A stretch of 64,000 nucleotides of DNA from an uncultured Candidatus Saccharimonas sp. (GCA_943353165.1 CALRAM010000002.1:65716-129715); one strand, 5' to 3'. Numbered from the stretch's first letter, positions 47,208 through 57,162 are shown. A program made the numbers and translations. The notes: generated by a model not told the origin, from the sequence alone.

Positions 47208-48614
47208 TCATCTGTAACTATCTGGCCAGTCGTTTTGCAACATAACTAAATCACCGGCTGCCAAAAAATGCTCTAGGTTTGTGTAGTATTCTAGTGGATT
47301 GTTTTCAATCGTGACTTCACCATCATAGTTTCCAGCACTTAAACCTGCCTGAATATGGCTGGTAACGGAGTTTTGCATGAGCACTACTTTGTCTGGTTTA
47401 GCCTGCGCAATCAGGTCACCGAGTTGCTTGTGAATATTCTCCGATTCGGTACCTTGGTCAACCAAACCTGGAGTTACGTAAATCTTGCGTTTTGCTGACA
47501 AAGCCTTTAAAAGCTCCAAACCAGCACGCATGCCTTCAACATTGCCGTTATAGGTGTCGTCTATGATCCACGCGCCACCGAGCTGACGCGGATGCATGCG
47601 ATGTTCAAATGGAGTCGTTTTTGACACACCAGTGATGATTTGCTGGTTACTCAGACCAAGTTTTTTGGCAATCACAACTACTGCGGTAATAGGTCCAATC
47701 TGATGCATGCCAAGTAATCCCGTACGTAGTTCTAGCCTGTCATTGCCGTTGCTCAGAGTAAAATCAGTACCAGTAATTGAGACGGAGACATTTGACACTT
47801 TCCATTTACCCAAACCATCTATGTCGTAGGCGCTTCCTTTGATGTTATCTTTTAAAAGTTTTTGGTTGTTAAAATAGGTTTCACTTGCATCAACCACCGA
47901 TGAAATACTGGCAAAGTCTTTGACGATTGAATCTAAGTCAGGGTATGCGTCCATATGAGCCGGAGCAATCCCGGTTATAATTGCAATTTCTGGTTTGCTA
48001 AAATGGGCTAGTTTTGCAATATCACCCGGTTTGGCTTCGCCGTATTCAAACACATACACATCTTCGTTGCCTAAAGTGCTGTTGTTTACCCAACGTACCT
48101 GACTAATTAGGATGTTTTTGTTTCCTGGTGTGGCAATAATTTTTCTGGCTTCAGATATCACGGTAACTAAAAGTTCTTTCATGGTTGTTTTTCCATAACT
48201 GCCCAAAACAGCAATTCTTAGCGCCTTTGAGCTGGCAAGTTTTTGTATAGCTGCAAGCATTTCTCGATTCTGAACGGGATTAATAATCGTTTTTTGAAGT
48301 ACCACCGTCACGACATAAACTACCGATATGCAAAAAAACGGAACAAATATAATTCCACCAATAGCAAAAAAAGCATTATGCCATAAGGCCTGAGACACTA
48401 TCATGATAATGGACGCAAAATAAGCCAAGTATGCAACTACTAACATTAGCTTTATTCTTGGAGTTATATGTAGTTTGCCTCGGTTTTGAGCTTTCCGTAA
48501 GTCAGAAAAATTAACAGCCCATTTTAAAAATTTGGTTGGGTTATATTCAAACTGCTGCACCATGTAAACAAATGCCCACGGAGCGCTAGGTGTAAAATAG
48601 CTAAAAAATCTCAT
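47208..48614 (-). CDS. Mur ligase family protein (MurF-like) with an N-terminal ~110-aa membrane domain
   Basis: Three N-terminal hydrophobic helices, then the P-loop IAVLGSYGKTTMKE and IIDDTYNGN. Confidence 0.7.
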   Translation of the reverse strand: MRFFSYFTPSAPWAFVYMVQQFEYNPTKFLKWAVNFSDLRKAQNRGKLHITPRIKLMLVVAYLAYFASIIMIVSQALWHNAFFAIGGIIFVPFFCISVVYVVTVVLQKTIINPVQNREMLAAIQKLASSKALRIAVLGSYGKTTMKELLVTVISEARKIIATPGNKNILISQVRWVNNSTLGNEDVYVFEYGEAKPGDIAKLAHFSKPEIAIITGIAPAHMDAYPDLDSIVKDFASISSVVDASETYFNNQKLLKDNIKGSAYDIDGLGKWKVSNVSVSITGTDFTLSNGNDRLELRTGLLGMHQIGPITAVVVIAKKLGLSNQQIITGVSKTTPFEHRMHPRQLGGAWIIDDTYNGNVEGMRAGLELLKALSAKRKIYVTPGLVDQGTESENIHKQLGDLIAQAKPDKVVLMQNSVTSHIQAGLSAGNYDGEVTIENNPLEYYTNLEHFLAAGDLVMLQNDWPDSYR

Positions 48615-49366
48615 TTTAGAAACTCAGCGATTAGTCGGTTGACTTGTCCAGAATCTGTCTGATGCACAAAGTGTGCTGCATTTGGGATTATCTCTAGGCG
48701 TGAATATTTAATTAGTGTATGTAGTTTTTGGCCAATTGATTTTAGAGGAGTGGCTTTGTCTTGATCGCCATAGATTAATAATGTAGGAATAGCTAAAGAA
48801 GATGCGTCGGTTTGGATGTCTTGGCGAACTATTTGCCTGAAAGTTTCTTGCATGTGTGGCGCAATCAACATGTCAGAGCCAATAGCCCCATAAAGCCTTT
48901 TCTGTAGTTTTTGTTTTGAGGATACTGGAAGCCAAAATGTCATAACTTTTCCAGTCTTGGTAACTGCTTGGAGTGCTTTTCGTTTTAGGTCGTCTGAATT
49001 TCGAACCCCAGATGCCGCAATAAGCACAAGTTTATCGGCTGTAATTTGCTCTGTGACCAGTGCTCGAATGGCAAGCGCTCCGCCATTTGAATGCCCAATG
49101 ATACAGTAAATATCTAAGATATTAAGTTTATCTAGAAAATCTTTTAGAAATTCGGAGTAGTTATCCAGTTTCCAAGCTGATTTTGGTGTTTGGGATTGGC
49201 CAAAACCAGGTAAATCTACGGAAATAACTTTTTGAGACTTAGACAGTTCAGCAACAAGTAGCTTAAAAGTATCTAAGCTGTCTGCCCATCCATGCAGGAG
49301 AAGTATGGCTTTGCCTGATCCTTGGCATTCGTAGTGCGTCAAAAGACCTTGGACAACAATTTGCAT
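48611..49366 (-). CDS. Alpha/beta hydrolase
   Basis: LLLHGW oxyanion region, nucleophile elbow GHSNGG and a C-terminal His (NAAHFVH). Confidence 0.8.
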   Translation of the reverse strand: MQIVVQGLLTHYECQGSGKAILLLHGWADSLDTFKLLVAELSKSQKVISVDLPGFGQSQTPKSAWKLDNYSEFLKDFLDKLNILDIYCIIGHSNGGALAIRALVTEQITADKLVLIAASGVRNSDDLKRKALQAVTKTGKVMTFWLPVSSKQKLQKRLYGAIGSDMLIAPHMQETFRQIVRQDIQTDASSLAIPTLLIYGDQDKATPLKSIGQKLHTLIKYSRLEIIPNAAHFVHQTDSGQVNRLIAEFLK

Positions 49367-49559
49367 AAGTGTAATTATATAATGGCGGTCGGTGTATTAC
49401 CTAACTCTACTGAATTTGTTGTAGGCCAGTTTGGAGTTTATCATTTTTTATAGAAGTTGATTGTAGGCCCGTCTGAGTCAATTACCAAAGAAAAATCAAA
49501 GGTCATGCCGGTGATACTTTTTTGGCTGTATAATAAAACAATATGCATAATCTCAACTA

Positions 49560-50393
49560 ATGGCACATACAAAGAAAACTATTACGATTAAACTTTTGGC
49601 TATTTTACTGCTGGGTGGGTTGACTGTGTTCTTTATTCCGACTTCAAAAGCTTTAGCCAACGAAGGTCTGTTTTTGGTTTCTGATAGCATTTACATAGTA
49701 AAAGCATTGAACGAAAACCCTCTACTTTTACCTAGAAAACCCGTCAAACTGTTAACTAAATTAAAGTTCGCCCCTTTTTTGCCGTCCCAAGACATCGACT
49801 GTGCGGTAGATCCATGTATAGCATTTACGTTTGATGACGGGCCAAATCCTTTTACAACCCCTAAAATACTAGAAACCTTGGATCGTGTTTATGCCCATGC
49901 TACTTTTTTTGTGGTAGGCAACCAAGTAGCTAACAACTCTGCTTTGCTCAAAAAAATGCATTCATCTGGTCACGAAGTAGAGAACCATAGTTGGGGTCAC
50001 CCGGATATGACCAGATTGTCTGCCAGACAGATAAGAGAGCAAATAGACAATACACAACAGGCTGTTGTGGGTGCTGGTTTGCCAGCCCCCAAATACTTTA
50101 GGCCCCCTTATGGATTACGCAATTCCACAGTTCGGCAGGTTGTTGGTATGCCTTTTATCCTTTGGAACATCGACACAAAAGATTGGCAACAAAATGACGC
50201 ACAAACCTTGGCCCAAAGTATCATAGAACAGGCAAGGCCGGGCAGTATAATCATTTTGCATGACACAAAATCAGTTACTGCGGCTGCTCTACCTATCATA
50301 ATGGAGGGTTTAGTAGGTAAATATCATTTTGTATCGGTCAGCGAACTTTTAAAAATAACTGCTAACGACCGTGGTGAATATCGAGGTCGTTAG
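49560..50393 (+). CDS. Polysaccharide (peptidoglycan) deacetylase, NodB homology domain
   Basis: FTFDDGP, HSWGHP and ILHD motifs, with an N-terminal signal/anchor. Confidence 0.85.
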   Translation: MAHTKKTITIKLLAILLLGGLTVFFIPTSKALANEGLFLVSDSIYIVKALNENPLLLPRKPVKLLTKLKFAPFLPSQDIDCAVDPCIAFTFDDGPNPFTTPKILETLDRVYAHATFFVVGNQVANNSALLKKMHSSGHEVENHSWGHPDMTRLSARQIREQIDNTQQAVVGAGLPAPKYFRPPYGLRNSTVRQVVGMPFILWNIDTKDWQQNDAQTLAQSIIEQARPGSIIILHDTKSVTAAALPIIMEGLVGKYHFVSVSELLKITANDRGEYRGR

Positions 50394-50427
50394 ACACACG
50401 CTAGCCCCTGTGATAAGGTGTTACTAA

Positions 50428-52896
50428 ATGAAAAGATACAATCCAAAAGACATAGAACCAAAATGGCAACAACGTTGGGAAAAAGACGGCACTTATTTGG
50501 CGAATCTACATAGCAAAAAACCAAAATACTACGGCTTTGCAATGTTTAATTATCCTAGCGGTGCAGGTATCCATGTCGGCCATGTCCGAAACTATACGAT
50601 TCCAGATGTAGTTACTAGGGCAAAGCGTCAACAAGGCTACGAAGTCTACCAGCCTGTAGGTTGGGATTCGTTTGGTTTGCCCGCAGAAAATTTTGCCATA
50701 AAGACTGGTGTGTCACCACAAGAGTCCACTAAAAAAGCCATAGAGAAATACAGGCAACAATATACAGCTATGGGTTGGGGTGTTGATTGGTCCAAAGAGA
50801 TAAACACTACCGATCCAGAATATTACAGGTGGACCCAGTGGATTTTTTTGAAGTTGTTAGAAAACAAACTAGCTTATCAAAAGGATAGTGCTCAGTGGTG
50901 GTGCAATAGTTGCAAAACGGTATTGGCTGACGAGCAAGTTATAGCTGGAAAATGTTGGCGGCACGATAATCCTGACGATCCACTGATCAGCAAAAAAAGT
51001 TTGAAACAGTGGTTCTTTAGGATTACGGACTACGCCGATGAAATACTAGAAGCCACAGACGACCTGGACTGGACGCCGTCAGTCAGAGCTTCCCAGAAAA
51101 GCTGGATAGGCAAGAGCGTAGGCGTAGAGATAATTTTTGAGTTAGATAGTGACAATTCTATAACGGTATTTACCACCCGAGCGGACACAGTCTTTAGTGC
51201 GGCCTTTTTGGTGTTGGCTCCGGAGCATCCAATGGTAAAAAACATAACAACCGATCAACAGAAAACCCAAGTAGATAGTTACATAGAAAAATCCCTTCGC
51301 AAAAGCGAGCTAGAACGCCAAGTTGATGGCGACAAAGAAAAAACGGGGGTATTTACTGGTGCCTACGCCTCCAATCCAGCCAATGATGAAAAGATTCCAG
51401 TTTGGATAGCTGATTTTGTTTTGTTTGGCTATGGGACTGGTGCGGTTTTTGGCAACATTCATGACGAGCGCGATTTTCAGTTCATCAAAAAGTTTGATAT
51501 ACCGGCTCGTGTATCGGTTGTACCAGAATCGGAGTCAGAAGCTAAAAAAGTTCTGGCCAAAGAATTCTCTTATACTGCCGAAGGTATATTGGTGGATTCT
51601 GGTAAATTTGACGGCCTGCAGAGTGCAGTTGCTCGGGAAGAAATAACAAAATGGTTAGCAGACAAAGGTTCGGCAAATGAAAAAGTAAACTACAAGATGA
51701 GAGACTGGTTGATTAGTCGTCAGCGCTACTGGGGTGCACCAATCCCTGTCATACATTGCCATACATGCGGCGCGTTGCCTGTGCCTGAAGAGGATTTGCC
51801 GGTAGAGTTACCTGCCATAAAAGATTATCAGCCAACCGGAGAAAACGTATCTGTTTTGGCTGGTGCTACTGATTGGGTCAATGTTCCATGCCCTAAATGT
51901 CATGGACCTGCCGCCAGAGAAACCGATACTATGGATGGCTATGTTTGCTCCAGCTGGTATTTTTTTAGATATTTAGACCCAGCAAATAACCAACAGGCTT
52001 GGTCGAGTGACCTTGCCGATAAATGGATGCCGGTAAACTTTTATAACGGCGGAGATCATGCCACGGCCCATCTATTGTACGCCCGCTTTTTTGCCAGATT
52101 TTTTAATAAATTAGGCATGGTAAACACTCCAGAACCGTTTACAAAGATGGTCTACAACGGAAAGGTCCGTGCCGCTGACGGAACGGCTTTTAGCAAGAGC
52201 AAAGGCAACGGAGTCGATCCTCTGGAAATCATTGGACAAGGCTATGGGGCCGATGCATTGAGAGTGTACGAGATGTTTGCTGCTCCGGTAGAGCAAAATG
52301 TTTTGTGGGACCCGCAGGGTGTACCAGGCTGTTTTAGGTTCTTGACTAGGGCTTGGAATATAGTCACAGAATTTGTAGAAGCCAAGGCAGTACAATCGGA
52401 TCCAAAGGCCGACGATGAAGTACTTCGTGTGGCGCACAGGACAATCAAAAAAGTTAGCCACGACATAGTTGCTGGCAAATTCAACACTGCTATCTCTGCA
52501 ATGATGGAGGCTGTAAACGATTATCACAAGCTAAAAGACAGTCATGGTATTTCCAACAGTCCTGCGTGGAGGACGGCCACCGAGTCATTGGTTCAGCTAC
52601 TAGCCCCATTTGCCCCACATATAACCGAGGAACTTTGGAGCAATCTAGGGCACGATGATACGGTTCATATCGACCACTGGCCAATTCATGACCCTAAATA
52701 CTTGGTAACCGATATGATAAACATTGCAGTTCAGGTAAACGGAAAACTTCGTGCAAATATAATGGTCAAAACTAGTGCCGATGAAACAGAAGTATGTGCG
52801 GCTGCTAGAGCCGACGAAAACGTAGCAAAATACCTAGTAGGCGAGCCAAAAAAAACTATCTATATTCCTAGCAGAATAGTTAACTTTGTAGTCTAG
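50428..52896 (+). CDS. leuS: Leucyl-tRNA synthetase
   Basis: HIGH-type motif GIHVGHVRNY, KMSKS-type motif FSKSKGN, and a CP1 editing insertion; 822 aa. Confidence 0.95.
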   Translation: MKRYNPKDIEPKWQQRWEKDGTYLANLHSKKPKYYGFAMFNYPSGAGIHVGHVRNYTIPDVVTRAKRQQGYEVYQPVGWDSFGLPAENFAIKTGVSPQESTKKAIEKYRQQYTAMGWGVDWSKEINTTDPEYYRWTQWIFLKLLENKLAYQKDSAQWWCNSCKTVLADEQVIAGKCWRHDNPDDPLISKKSLKQWFFRITDYADEILEATDDLDWTPSVRASQKSWIGKSVGVEIIFELDSDNSITVFTTRADTVFSAAFLVLAPEHPMVKNITTDQQKTQVDSYIEKSLRKSELERQVDGDKEKTGVFTGAYASNPANDEKIPVWIADFVLFGYGTGAVFGNIHDERDFQFIKKFDIPARVSVVPESESEAKKVLAKEFSYTAEGILVDSGKFDGLQSAVAREEITKWLADKGSANEKVNYKMRDWLISRQRYWGAPIPVIHCHTCGALPVPEEDLPVELPAIKDYQPTGENVSVLAGATDWVNVPCPKCHGPAARETDTMDGYVCSSWYFFRYLDPANNQQAWSSDLADKWMPVNFYNGGDHATAHLLYARFFARFFNKLGMVNTPEPFTKMVYNGKVRAADGTAFSKSKGNGVDPLEIIGQGYGADALRVYEMFAAPVEQNVLWDPQGVPGCFRFLTRAWNIVTEFVEAKAVQSDPKADDEVLRVAHRTIKKVSHDIVAGKFNTAISAMMEAVNDYHKLKDSHGISNSPAWRTATESLVQLLAPFAPHITEELWSNLGHDDTVHIDHWPIHDPKYLVTDMINIAVQVNGKLRANIMVKTSADETEVCAAARADENVAKYLVGEPKKTIYIPSRIVNFVV

Positions 52897-52907
52897 GTAT
52901 TGTTTGC

Positions 52908-53195
52908 CTAAGAAGCTTCAGGGTCGTCGGGGTTTGGCAGGATGCGAACAGTAGTAAGTTCACCTATTCCAGACATAGTAATGTCGGGGTATTGTTTTAG
53001 GAACAATTCGCGACCGTCGATAATATTTTCTGAGTTTTTGATTTTTTTATCTAACCGTTCATCATTAATTTCTTTGATGGCTAAGGTAGCACGACCTAGC
53101 GCCCCCATGAATGCAGAAAAATCCGACATGCTGGAACTGTCGATTTTTGTTTGGTCGATTGTTGGTTTAGTTTGTTCGGGGTTAAATTTTGACAT
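52908..53195 (-). CDS. Hypothetical small protein (95 aa), probably leaderless
   Basis: A TGtTATAAT box (complement of 53203-53211) ends 7 nt upstream of the ATG. Confidence 0.45.
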   Translation of the reverse strand: MSKFNPEQTKPTIDQTKIDSSSMSDFSAFMGALGRATLAIKEINDERLDKKIKNSENIIDGRELFLKQYPDITMSGIGELTTVRILPNPDDPEAS

Positions 53196-53316
53196 TAGTT
53201 AGATTATAACACATATGTCAATATAAGGCAATATATTTGTACTTGAGATTGTTGCCATAATGGCGTATAATAGGAACTAAGTTAAACTATAAGTCACAAA
53301 GAGGAGTCTTTTTTCT

Positions 53317-53499
53317 ATGGGTAAACCCAAGAAACGAACTAGTCCACGCCGTACTGGCACTCGCCGAAGTCATTTGGTGCTAAAGCTGGCACGTGCAGTA
53401 AATGGTAAATCGCCTATAAAGGCATTTACTACGCGCAAAGAATCTGGAAAGACGCTTTCCGCTAAAATAAACGCGTCAAACAAAGTTCAAAAAGTATAG
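53317..53499 (+). CDS. rpmF: Ribosomal protein L32
   Basis: MGKPKKRTSPRRTGTRRSH N-terminus; 60 aa. Confidence 0.85.
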   Translation: MGKPKKRTSPRRTGTRRSHLVLKLARAVNGKSPIKAFTTRKESGKTLSAKINASNKVQKV

Positions 53500-53555
53500 T
53501 TACTAGTAGTTACAGTAAGCTATACTGTAACTAAGCATAAGAGGAAATTAACAAT

Positions 53556-54020
53556 ATGGCATCCAATCGTCACCTTGGTAGAATCATCGCGCTGCAAACT
53601 CTGTACGAGCAGGATTTTCGTCGTGATTGTCTAGACAAGACTTTAGATTTGGAACAGGTTCTAGAGCGAAATATCAACCGTTATCAAAAGATGGCAAAAG
53701 ATAGAAAGTTCATAGAAGGCTTGGTCAGAGGAGTAAACGCGGAAACTTCAAAGCTAGATAGTATTCTGCAACCGATTGCTCCTGATTGGCCCTTGGACCA
53801 AATAGCCAAAATGGACAGAGTTTTGTTGCATATGGGCACATACGAGTTAATGTATGACAAAAATATTCCGCCAAAAGTTGTCATAAATGAAGCCGTAGAA
53901 TTGGCCAAATCGTTTGGTGGAGACAGCTCCAGCAAATTCGTCAACGGAGTGCTAGGAACTGTGCTAAGGCAGATGGAAAGCAAAGATACTATAGATAAAA
54001 AACCGAAAGATAAATTATGA
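53556..54020 (+). CDS. nusB: Transcription antitermination factor NusB
   Basis: [13 protein letters not shown] and [13 protein letters not shown] blocks. Confidence 0.85.
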   Translation: MASNRHLGRIIALQTLYEQDFRRDCLDKTLDLEQVLERNINRYQKMAKDRKFIEGLVRGVNAETSKLDSILQPIAPDWPLDQIAKMDRVLLHMGTYELMYDKNIPPKVVINEAVELAKSFGGDSSSKFVNGVLGTVLRQMESKDTIDKKPKDKL

Positions 54021-54517
54021 ACCGACCTAAACCAATACAAGGCTTCAAGAAACTGGTAACAAAACACAGACCAGCAATAAATGAAGTAGTACGCGAGCCA
54101 ACTTCTGGTGGCGTAATCTTTCGTCGTGCCGAAAAAACTAAGGCAATTGAAATATTGCTGATTCAGGACGCCAAAAACCGCTGGACCATACCAAAAGGAC
54201 ATATCGAAGAAGGGGAAACTCCAAAGCAAACGGCCGAGAGAGAAGTCAGAGAAGAAACAGGATTGCAGGAAATGAAGATTATAAACTGGCTCGGAAAGAT
54301 AAACTTTCGCTACCGTAGGCAACAAAGTCTGGTCTTGATGACAACAGAAATATTTCTTATCCAGGCCTTGGGCGACACCAATGACCTAAAGCCAGAAGAG
54401 TGGATGAATGGTATTGAATGGTTCAGTACGGCTGACGCTTTAGATAAAATAGAATATGAAGATATAGGCAAGATTATATTGCTGGGCCTAAAAAGTATCA
54501 GACAGGCAGGACTTTAG
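54017..54517 (+). CDS. NUDIX hydrolase
   Basis: Nudix box [22 protein letters not shown]. Confidence 0.9.
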   Translation: MNRPKPIQGFKKLVTKHRPAINEVVREPTSGGVIFRRAEKTKAIEILLIQDAKNRWTIPKGHIEEGETPKQTAEREVREETGLQEMKIINWLGKINFRYRRQQSLVLMTTEIFLIQALGDTNDLKPEEWMNGIEWFSTADALDKIEYEDIGKIILLGLKSIRQAGL

Positions 54518-55216
54518 ATGCAGGATGACAGTCTTTACAAAGCCTTTGCGCTAGAAAAATTAGGAGTTGAGTTTGTAGATATTCAGTTCCTGATTACTGC
54601 ATTCACACATCGTTCGTATGTAAACGAACATCGAAAAATTGCCAAGGAACACAATGAACGGATGGAGTTTTTGGGTGATGCTGTTTTAGAGCTAGTCGTT
54701 ACCGAGTATTTGTACAAAAACCATTCTGACCCCGAAGGTACCCTAACCAGCTGGAGAAGTGCATTGGTTAGGACTGAAAGCATTGGTGCAGCAGCGGCAA
54801 AGTTTGATTTTGAACCATTACTCAGACTCAGTAGAGGCGAAAAAAGAGGCACCACCAGAGCCAGAGAGCAGATTTTGGCAAATTGCTACGAGGCAGTTAT
54901 AGGCGCATTGTATCTAGATCAAGGTTATGACGGAGCCAAAATGTTTATAGAAAAGAGCGTTCTGGCAACTTTTGACGACATTTTAACCAGTGGTTCATGG
55001 ATGGATCCAAAGTCAAATCTCCAAGAAATTGTACAGAGCAAAGAAGGATTTACTCCTGTTTACAAGGTTTTGTCAGAAGAAGGACCTGACCACGAAAAGA
55101 TATTTAGGGTAGGTGTGTTTGTCGACGGCGAAATGAAGGGTGAAGGTAGTGGTCCTAGTAAACAATCGGGTCAGGTAGCTTCTGCAGAAGCGGCCCTGAA
55201 AGACTACAAAGATTAG
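54518..55216 (+). CDS. rnc: Ribonuclease III
   Basis: ERMEFLGDAVLELV signature and a C-terminal dsRBD. Confidence 0.9.
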   Translation: MQDDSLYKAFALEKLGVEFVDIQFLITAFTHRSYVNEHRKIAKEHNERMEFLGDAVLELVVTEYLYKNHSDPEGTLTSWRSALVRTESIGAAAAKFDFEPLLRLSRGEKRGTTRAREQILANCYEAVIGALYLDQGYDGAKMFIEKSVLATFDDILTSGSWMDPKSNLQEIVQSKEGFTPVYKVLSEEGPDHEKIFRVGVFVDGEMKGEGSGPSKQSGQVASAEAALKDYKD

Positions 55217-55321
55217 TTAACAGTTGACAACAGAGGCGATACTCTGTAAAATAACAAAGAATTATTAGTAACCTAGAATTCTCTAAAGCAGAGAATAAGA
55301 GATTGGAACCAAAAGTACACT

Positions 55322-55771
55322 ATGTTAGCAATCCGTTTGCAACGAACAGGCCGAAAAGGTCACGCCCAGTTTAGACTGGTAGTTCAGGATTCCCACGTTA
55401 GCCCAAAAAGCGGCAAAGTAGTTGCCCAGTTAGGCAGTTACGATCCTCATACAAAAGCAACTAGCCTAGACAAAGAAAAGGCATCTTTTTATCTGGAACA
55501 TGGTGCGCAGCCGTCCGAAAGAATGGTCTCTATACTTCAAAAAGAAGGTGTCAAACTGCCAAAGTGGGTTGCACCACTTGTCAAAAAAGAAGGCAAAATT
55601 CGGAGTGCAGAAAAACTACGCAAAAACCAGCCGGCTAAACCTGTAGAAGAAATAGCCCCAGAAGTCGCTGAAGCCCCAGAATCGGCCGTTGCCGAAGAAA
55701 TAGCCCCAGAAGCCGTAGAATCAGCCAAGGTAGAAGAAATAGCCCCAGAAGCCGTAGAATCAGCCGCCTAG
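55322..55771 (+). CDS. rpsP: Ribosomal protein S16 with a repeat-containing acidic C-terminal extension
   Basis: MLAIRLQRTGRKGHAQFRLVV N-terminus. The extension contains tandem EEIAPEAVESA units. Confidence 0.9.
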   Translation: MLAIRLQRTGRKGHAQFRLVVQDSHVSPKSGKVVAQLGSYDPHTKATSLDKEKASFYLEHGAQPSERMVSILQKEGVKLPKWVAPLVKKEGKIRSAEKLRKNQPAKPVEEIAPEVAEAPESAVAEEIAPEAVESAKVEEIAPEAVESAA

Positions 55772-55817
55772 GCTTTTTGCTATAATTAATACTACATAAA
55801 AACAAGGAACAAACCAC

Positions 55818-56303
55818 ATGAGTACGATTGACGAACAATTTATAGATTACATCGTAAAATCACTAGTAAGCAAACCAGATGCTGTGCAAATAGACCGAAG
55901 CATAGATGACAAGGGTGTACTACTAGAGTTGACAGTAGACGGCGAAGATTTAGGTCGTGTTATAGGCAAGCGTGGAGCTACAGCTCAGAGTCTACGCACA
56001 TTACTGCGTGCTCTGGGCACAAAAAATGAAGAACGCTACAATCTAAAGATTATAGATACTGCAGACGGCGAACCTTTGGGTCGCCCCACTAACCCAGCTA
56101 CAGCAAACAGACAGGCTAGGTCAGAAGAACTTTCTGCTGAAACCGAAGATATAAAAACTGAAAAAGAAGAAAATACACCAGCAATGCCTGAAAATGTAGA
56201 ACCTGCCCTAGAATTGCCAGAACCAGTAGAAGAAAACAATATCAGCGATGCTCTCAGCCAAACCCGCAAGGAATTGGCTGAACTAGACGACCTGGACGTT
56301 TAG
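55818..56303 (+). CDS. KH-domain RNA-binding protein (YlqC-like) with an acidic C-terminal extension
   Basis: GRVIGKRGATAQSLRTLLRA KH motif and the conserved position after rpsP. Confidence 0.8.
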   Translation: MSTIDEQFIDYIVKSLVSKPDAVQIDRSIDDKGVLLELTVDGEDLGRVIGKRGATAQSLRTLLRALGTKNEERYNLKIIDTADGEPLGRPTNPATANRQARSEELSAETEDIKTEKEENTPAMPENVEPALELPEPVEENNISDALSQTRKELAELDDLDV

Positions 56304-56459
56304 ATTAAAAAATAGTTCAAAATAACTTGAAATAGGATCAAAAGTAAGGTATTGTTATATCTAGCTTCGGCTGTTGCTACAGCGCCAAAAAACAAAAATA
56401 ATCAAAGCTCTGCGAGCCATCCGCTATTTTTAGCGAATGGGAGCTTTATGTGACAGACG

Positions 56460-56483
56460 GAACCCTGCAAAGGGTTCTTTTTG
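56460..56483 (+). terminator. Intrinsic terminator (GNRA-loop hairpin)
   Basis: Stem gaaccct/agggttc with loop GCAA, followed by TTTTT. Confidence 0.7.
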
Positions 56484-56492
56484 TTTTGCATG

Positions 56493-56501
56493 TGATATAA
56501 T
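56493..56501 (+). promoter_or_regulatory. Extended -10 box TGaTATAAT, 7 nt upstream of the trmD ATG (probable leaderless transcript)
   Basis: Spacing to the ATG at 56509. Confidence 0.45.
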
Positions 56502-56508
56502 ATTACAG

Positions 56509-57162
56509 ATGAAAATTCAAATAATAAGCTTATTTCCCGAGATGTTCGACGGCGTTCTGAACACTAGTATGATGTGGAAAGCTCAGGACAAAAACCTGGC
56601 GGAGTTTGATTGCATAAATCTACGGAACTTTGGCTTAGGCAAACGCAAAACAGTGGACGATACGCCGTACGGCGGAGGGGACGGTATGTTATTGATGATT
56701 GAACCTTTATATTCTGCCGTAAAACATGCCAAAAAAATCGACAAAAACGCGTTAGTAGTTCTAATGACTGCTAGAGGTGAAAGATTGGTCCAGAAGCGAG
56801 CCCAACAGATTTCGGAAAGTAAAAAGGGGCTGATTATTATCTGTGGTCGGTACGAGGGCTATGATGAACGTATAATCGAACTCGTTGATGAACAAATATC
56901 CATAGGCGACTATGTATTGACCGGTGGAGAATTGCCCGCCATGGTACTGGTTGACAGTATTGTACGGTTAATACCTGGTGTATTGGGTGGAGAAAAAAGC
57001 GCAGAAATAGAAAGCTTTAGCGACGGGGAAACCCTGGAATACCCACAATATACCCGACCAGAAGAGTTTAGAGGATTAAAAGTTCCCAAAGTTTTACTAA
57101 GTGGCAATCATGATTTGGTAGCCAAATGGCGAATCAAAAATAGCCAAAAAGCAAACGATTAG
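56509..57162 (+). CDS. trmD: tRNA (guanine37-N1)-methyltransferase
   Basis: MKIQIISLFPEMF start; SIGDYVLTGGELPAMVLVDSIVRLIPGVLG SPOUT knot motif. Confidence 0.9.
   Translation: MKIQIISLFPEMFDGVLNTSMMWKAQDKNLAEFDCINLRNFGLGKRKTVDDTPYGGGDGMLLMIEPLYSAVKHAKKIDKNALVVLMTARGERLVQKRAQQISESKKGLIIICGRYEGYDERIIELVDEQISIGDYVLTGGELPAMVLVDSIVRLIPGVLGGEKSAEIESFSDGETLEYPQYTRPEEFRGLKVPKVLLSGNHDLVAKWRIKNSQKAND

Noticed and set aside
53684-54325. A 213-aa minus-strand ORF antisense to nusB and the NUDIX gene.
   Set aside because: The plus-strand genes have clear family motifs. The antisense translation has none and spans two different genes.
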